Origin: an uncultured Chloroflexia bacterium
GTDB lineage: Bacteria; Chloroflexota; Limnocylindria; Limnocylindrales; CSP1-4
Length of the DNA stretch: 64,000 bases
Assembly (NCBI GenBank): GCA_963720755.1
Contig: CAVRGP010000008.1
Span: forward strand, 1-64,000
Direction of reading: 5' to 3'
The notes under the pieces were generated by a model. The model was given only the letters and a program-made list of their open reading frames with translations. It was not told the DNA's origin and did no database searches. Positions 19,993-29,447 of the stretch are shown here, one piece after another. Position 1 is the first letter of the stretch, and every line of letters begins with the position of its first letter. The position numbers were made by a program, and so were the translations under genes.

Positions 19993-21606
19993 ATGGACGC
20001 CTCGGGCCTTGCCCTGCCCCGCCACATCGTGATCACCGGCCTGATGGGGGTCGGCAAGACGACGGTCGGTCGGAAGCTCGCCAATCGACTCGGCATCGCG
20101 TGGCGTGATTCCGATGTCGATATCGAGGCGCAGACGGGACGGACCGTCCGCGAGCTGCGCGCCCAGGAGGGCGTCGACGCCATGCATGCCCGCGAGGCGG
20201 CACAGCTCATCGATGCCATCTCGTCACCGAAGCCGGTGATCGTCAGCGCGGCGGCGAGCGTCATCGACGCACCCGCCTGTCGCGAGGCGATGGCGGCTCC
20301 GGATGTCTTCGTCATCTGGCTGCACGCACGCCCCGACAACCTGGCCGATCGGTTCGAGTCTGACGACAAGCACCGTCCGACCTACGGCGACACGCCCGAG
20401 ACCTTCCTCGCCGCCCAGGCGGCGCGACGGGAGCCACTCCTGGCGAGCGTCGGTGCGCACGTGATCGATACGGACGGTCGATCGGCCGATGAGGTCGTCG
20501 ATCGCGCCGAGCGGCTCCTACGCGGCCAGCCGACGACGCCCGAGCGGCTCCGCCTCATCCTCGACGTCGATACCGGCATCGACGACAGCCTCGCCCTGCT
20601 CTACGCGGTGGCCTCGGCCGAGGCCGACATCGTGGCAGCGACCTGCGTGTCGGGCAACGTCGACGCCCGGCAGGTCGCGGTCAATACACGGGCCGTCCTG
20701 GAACTGGCCGGAAGGGCGGACATCGAGGTCGCGCTCGGCCGAGAGATCCCGCTCGTGCGAGCGCTCGAGACATCGCCCGAAACGCACGGGCCGCAGGGCC
20801 TCGGCCACGCCGAACTCCCGGAGCCATCGCGACCACTGTCGGACCGGCATGCCGCGGATCTCATCGTCGACGAGGCGCGGAGCCAGCCAGGCGAGATCAC
20901 CCTCGTGACCCTGGGACCGTTGACGAATTTGGCCATCGCCGTCCTCCGTGAACCCGCCCTGCCCCGGTTGCTCAAGGGCTACACCTTGATGGGTGGCGCG
21001 TTCGGCGCCTCCGGGAACACGACGCCGACGACCGAGTGGAACATCTACTGCGACCCCGATGCAGCTCGGATCGTCTTCCGAGCGTGGGCCGACGCTCGGG
21101 CCATCGACCCGACGATCCCGCGACCCCTGGCGCTCGGCCTCGACGTGACCGAACAGGCCCGGATCTTCCCCGATCACGTCGTCCAGCTCGCCCGTCGCGC
21201 CGGGAGCACGCCCGACGACTCGATCGTGCTGTCACGCGGCGAGGATCCGATGCAGGCCACCCGTTCCGTCGCCAGCAACCCGATCGTCAGGTACGTCGCC
21301 GACGCCCTCCGCTTCTACATGGAATTCCACGCTCGGTACGACGGCTTCTATGGCGCCTTCATCCATGACCCGCTGGCCGTCGCCGCGACGCTGGACCGCA
21401 GCCTGGTCACGACCCAACCCCTGTACGTGGACGTCGAGACCCACGGGGAACTGACGACCGGGATGACGGTCGTCGACCGACGGCGACTCACGGGCAAGGA
21501 ACCGAATCTCGATGTTGCGGTCAGCGTGGATGTGGCCGAGTTCCTCGACCGACTGGTCGAACGCGTCGGGGGACTGGCGGCAAACCACTCGGACGTGTCA
21601 GGCTAG
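19993..21606 (+). CDS. Fusion of shikimate-kinase-like P-loop domain and IU-type nucleoside hydrolase
   Basis: GLMGVGKTT...DSD (SK family), followed in frame by DVDTGIDD, LGPLTN, EWNIYCDP, IHDPLA (nucleoside hydrolase). Confidence 0.85.
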   Translation: MDASGLALPRHIVITGLMGVGKTTVGRKLANRLGIAWRDSDVDIEAQTGRTVRELRAQEGVDAMHAREAAQLIDAISSPKPVIVSAAASVIDAPACREAMAAPDVFVIWLHARPDNLADRFESDDKHRPTYGDTPETFLAAQAARREPLLASVGAHVIDTDGRSADEVVDRAERLLRGQPTTPERLRLILDVDTGIDDSLALLYAVASAEADIVAATCVSGNVDARQVAVNTRAVLELAGRADIEVALGREIPLVRALETSPETHGPQGLGHAELPEPSRPLSDRHAADLIVDEARSQPGEITLVTLGPLTNLAIAVLREPALPRLLKGYTLMGGAFGASGNTTPTTEWNIYCDPDAARIVFRAWADARAIDPTIPRPLALGLDVTEQARIFPDHVVQLARRAGSTPDDSIVLSRGEDPMQATRSVASNPIVRYVADALRFYMEFHARYDGFYGAFIHDPLAVAATLDRSLVTTQPLYVDVETHGELTTGMTVVDRRRLTGKEPNLDVAVSVDVAEFLDRLVERVGGLAANHSDVSG

Positions 21607-21665
21607 GGCCGGAGGACGGCCAGCCCACCCTATCGGGCCGTCGGACGAGGGAGGCAACGGACGCG

Positions 21666-22523
21666 ATGATGGGCTTGAGCTGGGGCCGATTCGACACCCG
21701 GACCGTCGTTCTCATCCCGATCGCGATGGCGATCAATATCGTCCTCGGACAGACTGTTGCGTCCGTCCTCAAGGTCCCGATCTACATGGATTCGATCGGG
21801 ACGATCCTGGTCGGCGTCCTTGCCGGGCCGCTACCCGGGCTGGTCACCGGCGTCCTGACCAATCTCGTCTGGACGTACGTCATCCCAGCTCCATTCCACT
21901 CCGACTTCGCGGCACCGTTCGCGATCGTGGCTGCCTGGATCGGCCTGTTCTCCGGGCTCGTTGCGCAGTGGGGTTTCTTCCGCAGCCGACCGAACGCATC
22001 GTGGGCCAAGGTCGCCGGGGCCGCCCTGCTGGTGATCCTCGTCCTCGGCGGGATCGGCTACTACGGCTTCCTGCCGTTCTACACGGACGGCACGTTCACC
22101 TTCTTCGGCGACACGACGGGGGCGGACCCGATCTTCATCCTGCTCGGGTACGTGGTGGCGATCGGGATCATCGCGGCGATCGTGGGTCTCATCGCCCTGC
22201 TCGTGGTCCGACGCGACATCGGGGTCGCCTGGGTGGCCATCGCCGGGTTGATCTGCGGCATCGTCTCAGCGCTCATCTCCGCACCGATCGCCGCCGTCGT
22301 CTTCGGCGGCGTCACCGGTTCCGGGACGGACCTGCTGGTGGCCGCATTCCAGCAGGCCGGCTCCGATCTCCAGGAGGCGGTCCTCAAGCAGGGCCTGATC
22401 TCCGACCCGATCGACAAGACCGTGACCTTCTTCATCGTCTTCGTCCTGCTGCAGACGCTTTCCCGCCGGTTCGTGGCTCGCTTCCCGCAAGGCGAGAAGG
22501 CGCTCGGACTGGAGGAGGCGTAG
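21666..22523 (+). CDS. ECF transporter S component (enlarged)
   Basis: IAINIVLG...PIYMDSIGTIL..LAGP and SDPIDK motifs; followed by T and A components. Confidence 0.85.
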   Translation: MMGLSWGRFDTRTVVLIPIAMAINIVLGQTVASVLKVPIYMDSIGTILVGVLAGPLPGLVTGVLTNLVWTYVIPAPFHSDFAAPFAIVAAWIGLFSGLVAQWGFFRSRPNASWAKVAGAALLVILVLGGIGYYGFLPFYTDGTFTFFGDTTGADPIFILLGYVVAIGIIAAIVGLIALLVVRRDIGVAWVAIAGLICGIVSALISAPIAAVVFGGVTGSGTDLLVAAFQQAGSDLQEAVLKQGLISDPIDKTVTFFIVFVLLQTLSRRFVARFPQGEKALGLEEA

Positions 22524-22597
22524 ACCCGTCAGCGTCGGCCCGGGCGGTCCTGGCCGGCGATCTGGAGGCGGACGATGTCGCGCTCATCGCCCGGCTC

Positions 22598-23353
22598 GTG
22601 CCAGCCACACCCAGCCCGTATCACCGCCTGAACCCGCTGACCAAGGCGATCATCGCGACCGTGGCCTCGGTCGGGGCGTTCGTGCTCGGCGGCTACCTCG
22701 GACCGGCCGTGATCATCCTGATCATGCTGGCACTGGCCGCGCTGGCCGGCGTCGGCCGCCGCCTCACGCGCGCGTCGTTCCTGCTGACCCTGCCGATCGC
22801 CGTCTCGGTGGTCCTCGTCAGCGTCTTCACTCGCGCGGGGACCACGGTGATCTTCCAGATCGGACCGTTCGACGCGACCGTCGAGGGGGTGGACTTCGCG
22901 GTCCAGACGGTCATCCGCCTGTTCGCCATCTCGACCTCGATCGGCCTGTTCATCCTGACCACCGATCCGCACGCGTTCGTCCTGGACCTCGAGCGACGTG
23001 GCGTATCGCCGCGGGCCGCATTCGTGGCGGTCGCCACGATCGAAGCGGTCCCGACCCTGGTCGAGCGAGCCGCGGTCATCGGCGAGAGTCAGCGGGCCCG
23101 CGGGCTGGACACCGAGGGAAGCGTCCGGGCCCGGATCCGGGGCCTCCTGCCGATGGTCGTGCCGGTCATCCTCACCTCCCTGACCGACGTCGAGGAGCGC
23201 AGCCTCGCCCTTGAAACGCGCGCGTTCAGCCGCCCCGGGACCCGCCACCTGCTCTGGGCGATGCCGGACACCGGCTGGGAACGCGGGCTGCGGTGGGTCC
23301 TCGTCGCGGCATTCGTGGCCCTCGTCGCGATCCGCCTGCTCGCGCTGGCGTAG
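22598..23353 (+). CDS. ECF transporter T component (start uncertain)
   Basis: HRLNPLTK, SQRARG, ALETRAF motifs. Confidence 0.85.
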   Translation: MPATPSPYHRLNPLTKAIIATVASVGAFVLGGYLGPAVIILIMLALAALAGVGRRLTRASFLLTLPIAVSVVLVSVFTRAGTTVIFQIGPFDATVEGVDFAVQTVIRLFAISTSIGLFILTTDPHAFVLDLERRGVSPRAAFVAVATIEAVPTLVERAAVIGESQRARGLDTEGSVRARIRGLLPMVVPVILTSLTDVEERSLALETRAFSRPGTRHLLWAMPDTGWERGLRWVLVAAFVALVAIRLLALA

Positions 23354-23361
23354 GCGGAGAC

Positions 23362-24174
23362 GTGCTGCAGCTCGAACGCGTGTCGTACCGCTATGCGGGG
23401 TACGCACGACCCGTCCTGCACGACATCGACCTGACCCTGGCCGATGGCGAGATCGTCGGGGTGGTCGGCGCCAACGAGGCCGGGAAGTCGACCCTTTGTC
23501 TGGTCGCCTCCGGATTGGCCCCCGGATCCATCGGCGGCGGTCTCACCGGTGACGTGCGGATCGACGGGATCTCGATGGCCGGGCAACCGCTTCACGCCTT
23601 TGCCACGAGGGTCGGGATCGGATTCCAGAACCCGGCCACCCAACTGTCGGGCGTGACGGGCTCGGTATTCGAGGAAGTGGCGCTCGGCCCGATGAACCTC
23701 GGCCTGCCCGCCCGGGAGACCGTCGCCCGGTCCAGGACCGCACTCGAGGTCCTCGGCATCACCGACCTCGCCGAACGTGAGCCGCGCCGCCTGTCCGGTG
23801 GCCAGGCCCAGCTGGTCGTCATCGCGTCGCTGCTCGCGATGCGGCCCGCTCACCTCGTCCTCGATGAACCCACCGCCCAACTCGACCCGGAAGGGACGCG
23901 GCTGGTCGGCGAGGCCCTGCGAGGGCTTGCGTCCACCGGCACGGCTCTGTTGATCGTGGAGCACAAGACGGACCTGCTCGACGGCCTGTGCGACCGGGTC
24001 GTTGTCGTCGATGACGGTCGGATCGTGCTCGATGGAGCCGCAGGAGACGTCCTTGCCGACGCTCGCCTGGACGATGTGGGTGTCGAGCCGCCATCGCGGG
24101 TCCGGCTGGGTCGGGACCTGGCGTCGCGAGGACTCGATCCCGGCCTCCTCGCCATGTCCGGCGGTGCCCGGTGA
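23362..24174 (+). CDS. ECF ATPase A1
   Basis: GANEAGKS, FQNP, LSGGQ, LDEP. Confidence 0.9.
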   Translation: MLQLERVSYRYAGYARPVLHDIDLTLADGEIVGVVGANEAGKSTLCLVASGLAPGSIGGGLTGDVRIDGISMAGQPLHAFATRVGIGFQNPATQLSGVTGSVFEEVALGPMNLGLPARETVARSRTALEVLGITDLAEREPRRLSGGQAQLVVIASLLAMRPAHLVLDEPTAQLDPEGTRLVGEALRGLASTGTALLIVEHKTDLLDGLCDRVVVVDDGRIVLDGAAGDVLADARLDDVGVEPPSRVRLGRDLASRGLDPGLLAMSGGAR

Positions 24175-24983
24175 CCGCGATCGCGCTGAACGGACTCGGG
24201 TTCGTGTACCCGGACGGGACGCGCGCTCTCTCGTCGGTCGATCTGACCATCGAGCCCGGCGAGGGTGTCGCGATCGTCGGCCAGAACGGCAGTGGCAAGT
24301 CGACCATGATCCGCCACCTCAACGGTCTGTTGCGCCCGACGGAGGGCCGGGTCCTCCTCGACGGCGACGACATCGTCGACACCCGGGTCGCGACGCTCGC
24401 GGGCCGGGTCGGGATCGTCTTCCAGAACCCGGATCGGCAGATCTTTGCGGGCAAGGTTCGAGCCGAGGTCGCATTCGGGCCGCGGATCCTCGGGCGGACC
24501 GCCACCGAGAGCTCGGCAGCGACTGACGCAGCCCTGGCCGCCGTCGGGCTGACCGGACTGGGCGAGACCAACCCATACGATCTGGGCTACTCGCGCCGGA
24601 AGCTGCTGACCCTGGCGTCGATCCTGGCGATGGAGACCTCGGTCGTCGTCCTGGACGAGCCGACCACGGGCCAGGACGCCCGCGGTCTCGCCCGCGTGCA
24701 GCAGGTCATCGAGGGCCTGATCGCGTCGGGCAGGACCGTGATCGCGATCAGCCATGACATGCGTTTCGTCGCCGAGACATTCGACCGGGTGGTCGTCATG
24801 GGCGGCGGTCGGATCCTCCTCGACGGGTCCCCCGACATCGTCTTCGCCGAGTCAGCCTGGCCGACCCTGGCGTCGACATACCTCGAGCCGACGCTGGCGG
24901 CCCGCGTCGGGGCGAGACTCGGTCTCGGGTCGACACCGCGGACGTCGTCGCTCATCGACGCGCTCGAGGCTCGTGGGGGCTGA
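24171..24983 (+). CDS. ECF ATPase A2
   Basis: GQNGSGKS, FQNPD, LDEPTTGQD. Confidence 0.9.
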   Translation: MTAIALNGLGFVYPDGTRALSSVDLTIEPGEGVAIVGQNGSGKSTMIRHLNGLLRPTEGRVLLDGDDIVDTRVATLAGRVGIVFQNPDRQIFAGKVRAEVAFGPRILGRTATESSAATDAALAAVGLTGLGETNPYDLGYSRRKLLTLASILAMETSVVVLDEPTTGQDARGLARVQQVIEGLIASGRTVIAISHDMRFVAETFDRVVVMGGGRILLDGSPDIVFAESAWPTLASTYLEPTLAARVGARLGLGSTPRTSSLIDALEARGG

Positions 24984-25086
24984 CTCGCCCGCCGTGGCGA
25001 CCACTGTACCCGCCGATTCAGGCCATCGGGCACGTCCCTGAGACGGGCGCGCGGCGCAGGCTCTCCTTCTGAAGGAGGGTCTCCCC

Positions 25087-25977
25087 GTGCGCATCCTGCT
25101 AGCGATCGATGGGTCATTCGCAGCCGATCGTGCGCGTGACCTGGTCGCCGCCCTGCCGTGGCGAAAGGGCGATCGAGTCCAGATCGTGAGTGTCATCCCG
25201 GTCCACGCCGAGGTCGTCGGCGGACCCTGGTCGATGGCCGCGACGCCGGCCGAGGCCGGGGCGGAGCCAGGCATCGTCGCGATCCATCGCGATGCCATCC
25301 GGCGAGCCGAGCACGAGATCAGATCCACCCGATCGGACCTGATGATCGAGTCGACCCTGCTGCACGGCCGTGCCGCCAGCATGATCGTGGACGAGGCCCG
25401 CAAGATGCCGGCCGATCTCATCGTCGTCGGTCACCGTGGCGCTGGCCGCTGGGAGACGATGCTGCTCGGCTCCGTTTCGGCAGAGGTCGTGGACCAGGCA
25501 CCCTGTCCGGTCCTGGTGGCACGCGACGAGAACCTCGGACCGCTGATCCTCGCCGACGATCGCTCACTCCATGCCCGGTCGGCCGAGGCGATGCTCATGG
25601 ACTGGCCCCTGTTCGCCGGGCTGGAGATCACGGTGCTCACCGTGGCCGAATCGGGCGCCCCGTCGGCGTCGGTCGAGGCCGAGTGTGAAGCCGTCGCCGG
25701 CCGCCTCAGCGAGGCGGGCCTGGACGCAAGGTTCGAGTTGCGGTCCGGTAATCCGGCTCGGGAGATCATCGCTTCAGCGACCGCGCACCGGGCCAACCTG
25801 ATCGTGATGGGCACGCGCGGACAGACCGGGTTGCGCCGACTGATGGTCGGCAGCGTCGCCCGCAACGTCCTGCTGAACGCACCCTGTTCCGTCCTCGTCG
25901 TCCGGGGTGGGATCGGGGTGACGGCCCCGGTCCACGACACGACCCGCGAACGAGAGTTGATCAGTCCGTTCGGCTGA
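25087..25977 (+). CDS. Tandem universal stress protein
   Basis: Two Usp domains (IVVGHRG...GSVS; IVMGTRG...GSVA). Confidence 0.9.
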   Translation: MRILLAIDGSFAADRARDLVAALPWRKGDRVQIVSVIPVHAEVVGGPWSMAATPAEAGAEPGIVAIHRDAIRRAEHEIRSTRSDLMIESTLLHGRAASMIVDEARKMPADLIVVGHRGAGRWETMLLGSVSAEVVDQAPCPVLVARDENLGPLILADDRSLHARSAEAMLMDWPLFAGLEITVLTVAESGAPSASVEAECEAVAGRLSEAGLDARFELRSGNPAREIIASATAHRANLIVMGTRGQTGLRRLMVGSVARNVLLNAPCSVLVVRGGIGVTAPVHDTTRERELISPFG

Positions 25978-26368
25978 TCGGCCCGGCCGCAACGACGAGC
26001 AACAGGAAGGACGTCTCGACGACGTCGATCCCGCCGATCACGATGGCAACGACGATCGGTAGCGCCGCGCCCAGCAGCCAGCCGGCTGCCGCGGCAAGAG
26101 CGGCGAGCGCCAGGAAGACCAAGCGGACCCCGCGTACCAGACCGGGCACATCATCCGTTCCCCCGGCCAACCGCGTGAGTCCCCGGGTCATGAGCACGAC
26201 GGCAAGGGTCACACATCCGCCGACGAGCGCCGCTCGGACGATGTCCGGCGGGTGAACGACGGCATCGAGGAGGTCGGGGCTCGCACCGATGAGCGTCACG
26301 GCCACGATCGCGGCACCCCCGGCGGCCAGCGCTCCGAGCGCGCCGAGCACTCCTCGTCGGCGGGTCAC
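25961..26368 (-). CDS. Hypothetical membrane protein
   Basis: About four TM helices; last gene of the cysM operon. Confidence 0.6.
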   Translation of the reverse strand: MTRRRGVLGALGALAAGGAAIVAVTLIGASPDLLDAVVHPPDIVRAALVGGCVTLAVVLMTRGLTRLAGGTDDVPGLVRGVRLVFLALAALAAAAGWLLGAALPIVVAIVIGGIDVVETSFLLLVVAAGPISRTD

Positions 26369-26375
26369 CGCCCGG

Positions 26376-26831
26376 TCATCGCAAGGCCACCTCGTGGACC
26401 TCGCCGTCGAGGATCCGCCAGGCGCGCAGACTCGGGACGCCGGTGGTGGGATCGGCTTCGTCGTCGCTGAGCGAGACGAGCAGGTAGAGGGGATCGCGAT
26501 AGATCGTGGCCAGGCCGATGTCGGTCGGCGACGGGCGAGCGGGCGTATGGGTATGGGAATGGACGATGCCCCAGAAGACCTCGTCCGCGTCGTCGGTCTC
26601 GAGGGTGAGACGGAAGAGATCATCCGGATGGATCCGGTAGCGCGACGGGGAGGCCGCCTCGTTCCGGGTGGGCACATAGCGGATGGCGACACCGCCGTCA
26701 GCGGCATTCCGGTCACCGACGATGAGACCGCATGCCTCGTTCGGGTATTCCGCACGAGCCTGGGCGACGATCGCCTCCCGGATCCGGGCAGGCAGTTCGA
26801 CGGCGGTCGGCCCCGGGTGTGGTCTTACCAC
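26376..26831 (-). CDS. mec: JAB/M67 metalloprotease (Mec-like, CysO-cysteine peptidase)
   Basis: PNEACG, HSHTHTPARPSPTD JAMM motif; cysO/cysM context. Confidence 0.85.
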   Translation of the reverse strand: MVRPHPGPTAVELPARIREAIVAQARAEYPNEACGLIVGDRNAADGGVAIRYVPTRNEAASPSRYRIHPDDLFRLTLETDDADEVFWGIVHSHTHTPARPSPTDIGLATIYRDPLYLLVSLSDDEADPTTGVPSLRAWRILDGEVHEVALR

Positions 26832-27838
26832 CAGTTGACGCCACCCTCGAGCGCTTCTTCCATGGCATCGAGGTCGGTCGAGAACGTCCCCGCCGACAGG
26901 TACTTCCAGCCACCGTCCGGGAGGAGGGCGACGATCGTGCCGCCGGTCATCTCCGACGCGACCCGGGCCGCCGCGACAAGGACGGCGCCACAGGACGGCC
27001 CGGCGAAGATCCCCTCGCGGAACACGAGATCGCGCAGGGCGGCGATGGCGTCGCGATTCGAGACGAGGTATTTCGCGTCGATCAGCGTCGGGTCGAGGAT
27101 CTCCGGGATGAACCCGTCGTCGAGCGAACGCAGGCCCTGGACCAACTCCCCGGGCAGCGGCTCGACGGCCACGATCCGAACGCCCGGTCGGTGCTCGCGC
27201 AGGTACCGTGACACGCCCATCAGGGTGCCGCCCGTCCCAAGGCCGGCGACGAAGACGTCGACCTCCGGGCAATCGGCGAGGATCTCCGGGCCCGTCGTCT
27301 CGTAATGCGCCCGGGGGTTCGCCGGGTTGCCGTACTGGTAGGGCATGACGAACCGTTCGTCCTTGCTGACCAGGTGCTTGGCCAGGGTGATCGCCCCGTT
27401 GGAGCCCTGCGCTCCGGGCGAGTCGATGACCTCGGCGCCGTACAGGGCGGCCATCTGCCGTCGCTCATTGGTGACGTTGTCCGGCATGACCAGCGCGACA
27501 CGGTATCCCTTCCGCCGGCCGATCATGGCCAGGGCGATCCCGGTGTTCCCGGACGTCGGTTCCAGGATGATCGAATCGTCGTGGAGCAGCCCGCGCCGCT
27601 CGAGGTCCTCGATCAGGTACCGGGCGACCCGGTCCTTGACCGACCCGGTCGGGTTGAGCATCTCCAGCTTGGCGAAGATCCGGACCGCCGGGTTCGGCGA
27701 CATCCGGGGGATCTCCACGAGCGGGGTGTGACCGATCGCCTGCAGGATGTCGTCGTACCGTCCGCCATGCGGGACGACCGCCTCGTGCGCGTGCGCGTGT
27801 TCGTGGTCGGCGTCATCGAGCCGCCGCAGGACGGCCAT
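26825..27838 (-). CDS. cysM: PLP-dependent cysteine synthase, CysO-thiocarboxylate type (CysM-like)
   Basis: NPTGSVKDR, TSGNTG, GLGTGGT, DGGWKYLS. Confidence 0.88.
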   Translation of the reverse strand: MAVLRRLDDADHEHAHAHEAVVPHGGRYDDILQAIGHTPLVEIPRMSPNPAVRIFAKLEMLNPTGSVKDRVARYLIEDLERRGLLHDDSIILEPTSGNTGIALAMIGRRKGYRVALVMPDNVTNERRQMAALYGAEVIDSPGAQGSNGAITLAKHLVSKDERFVMPYQYGNPANPRAHYETTGPEILADCPEVDVFVAGLGTGGTLMGVSRYLREHRPGVRIVAVEPLPGELVQGLRSLDDGFIPEILDPTLIDAKYLVSNRDAIAALRDLVFREGIFAGPSCGAVLVAAARVASEMTGGTIVALLPDGGWKYLSAGTFSTDLDAMEEALEGGVNWW

Positions 27839-27841
27839 CGG

Positions 27842-28114
27842 TCAGCCTCCGGCCATCGCCGGCAGGAGGCGAACCTCATCGGCCGGAGCGACCGGGGTCT
27901 CGAGACCGGCCAGGTACCGAACGTCCTGGCCGTTGACGTAGACGTTGACGAACCGGTTCAGATCGCCGTCCTGGGTCAGCAGTTGCGACTCCAGCGAGGG
28001 ATGCTCGGCGACGAGGGCATCGACCACCGCGCGGATCGAGTCGCCATCGAGTTGGAGCGATTTCGCGCCACCGACGCTCGCTCGCAACACCGACGGGATG
28101 TAGACGGTACTCAT
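27842..28114 (-). CDS. cysO: Ubiquitin-like sulfur carrier (MoaD/ThiS family, CysO-like)
   Basis: FVNVYVNGQDVR and C-terminal AMAGG. Confidence 0.88.
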   Translation of the reverse strand: MSTVYIPSVLRASVGGAKSLQLDGDSIRAVVDALVAEHPSLESQLLTQDGDLNRFVNVYVNGQDVRYLAGLETPVAPADEVRLLPAMAGG

Positions 28115-29265
28115 GCCGGGATCGCCAGCGGCCGGCCCTCGGCACGCGCCTTGACGGCGGCGTCGGAGCAGACCGGGCAGGCCGGGTCGCGGCGCAGCCT
28201 GAGCTCGGTGAATTCCGTCTCGAGGGCGTCGAACAGGAGCAACCGGCCGGCGAGGGTCTGGCCGATCCCGAGCAGGACCTTGAGCGCCTCGGTCGCCTGG
28301 AGCAGTCCGAGGATGCCCGGGACAACACCCAGGACGCCGGCCACGGAGCAACCCGGCGCCAGTTCAGGTGGCGGCGGTGTCGGATACAGGCAGCGGTAGC
28401 ACGGTCCCTCGTACGGGATGAAGGTCGTGAGCTGCCCCTCAAAGCGGAACACGCTGGCGTGGATCACCGGGATCCCGGCCGCCACGGCGGCATCGTTGAG
28501 CGTGTAGCGGGTCTCGAACGTATCCGTCCCGTCGAGGATGACGTCGTACCCGGCGATGATCCGATCAACGTTGTCGGCGGCGAGCATCTCCTCGTGGGCG
28601 ATGACCTTGATATCCGGGTTCAACGCGTTGATCGACTTCCGCGCCGACTCGACCTTGCGTTCACCGACGCGGTCGGTCGTGTGGACGATCTGGCGTTGGA
28701 GGTTGCTGATGTCGACGACGTCGAAGTCGACGATGCCGATCGTCCCGACGCCGGCCGCCGCCAGATAGAGCGCCGCCGGGGAGCCCAGGCCACCGGCACC
28801 GATGAGCAGGGCCTTCGACTCCAGGAGCCTTGCCTGTCCGGCTGCACCGACCTCCGGGATCAGAAGGTGCCGGCTGTAGCGCTGCTTCTGCTCGGCGGTC
28901 AGGACGACCGGCGTCTCGAAGTCGAGACCGGCTCCCTTCCAGGACTGGAACCCGCCGGACATCGAGGCGACGTTCGTGTAGCCCATGTCCATCATCGTCT
29001 GGGCAGCGAACAGCGAACGGATCCCACCGGCGCAGTACAGGATGACCGGGGCGTCCCGGTCGGGGACGACCCCTTCGATCTCCTGCTCGATGTAGGACTT
29101 CGAGATGTGACGGGCGCCGGGAAGGTGACCCTGCTCCCATTCGGACGCCTCACGGACGTCGACGATCGCTGCGCCACCCGCGGGCAGGGCGTCGACCTCC
29201 TGCGGGCTGACTTCCCGGATCTGGGCGCGCGCCTCACGAAGGAGGTCGGCGTAGGACTTCGGCAT
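28111..29265 (-). CDS. moeZ: Rhodanese-MoeB (E1-like) fusion, MoeZ-like
   Basis: N-terminal rhodanese (YCAGGIRS); RYSRHL, GAGGLG, SNLQRQ, CYRC, CPVC. Confidence 0.9.
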   Translation of the reverse strand: MPKSYADLLREARAQIREVSPQEVDALPAGGAAIVDVREASEWEQGHLPGARHISKSYIEQEIEGVVPDRDAPVILYCAGGIRSLFAAQTMMDMGYTNVASMSGGFQSWKGAGLDFETPVVLTAEQKQRYSRHLLIPEVGAAGQARLLESKALLIGAGGLGSPAALYLAAAGVGTIGIVDFDVVDISNLQRQIVHTTDRVGERKVESARKSINALNPDIKVIAHEEMLAADNVDRIIAGYDVILDGTDTFETRYTLNDAAVAAGIPVIHASVFRFEGQLTTFIPYEGPCYRCLYPTPPPPELAPGCSVAGVLGVVPGILGLLQATEALKVLLGIGQTLAGRLLLFDALETEFTELRLRRDPACPVCSDAAVKARAEGRPLAIPA

Positions 29266-29318
29266 GTGGATCGGTAGACTCCGATGGTCGACGGGCTGGC
29301 GCCGGTAACGCCAGGGCG

Positions 29319-29350
29319 ATGAGGACGCTCCCCCCAGGATCCGTCCTCAT
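29319..29350. promoter_or_regulatory. Stem-loop in the moeZ leader (ATGAGGACG...CGTCCTCAT)
   Basis: Perfect 9-bp inverted repeat with no U-tract. Confidence 0.5.
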
Positions 29351-29393
29351 GGTGTGGTTCGGTAGGGCGGAGGGGCTGGATGTCGGCCGGCGG

Positions 29394-29447
29394 TCAGGCC
29401 GGCTGACGACACCTGCAGCGGCGCTCGTTCGGGACGGTGTCGATCAT
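29394..29447 (-). CDS. Candidate 17-aa Cys-containing leader peptide MIDTVPNERRCRCRQPA
   Basis: ATG overlaps the sufU stop (ATGA); two Cys codons; lies upstream of the cysteine synthesis operon. Confidence 0.4.
   Translation of the reverse strand: MIDTVPNERRCRCRQPA

Noticed and set aside
26376-29265. E1 + Ubl + JAB genes as a ubiquitin-like anti-phage system (CBASS/Bil)
   Set aside because: No E2 or CD-NTase. The embedded cysM and rhodanese fit the CysO sulfur-carrier pathway.
29266-29400. SAM riboswitch upstream of the sulfur operon
   Set aside because: No SAM-I/IV core (ATCnAGAG...GCAACC) is present on the coding strand.
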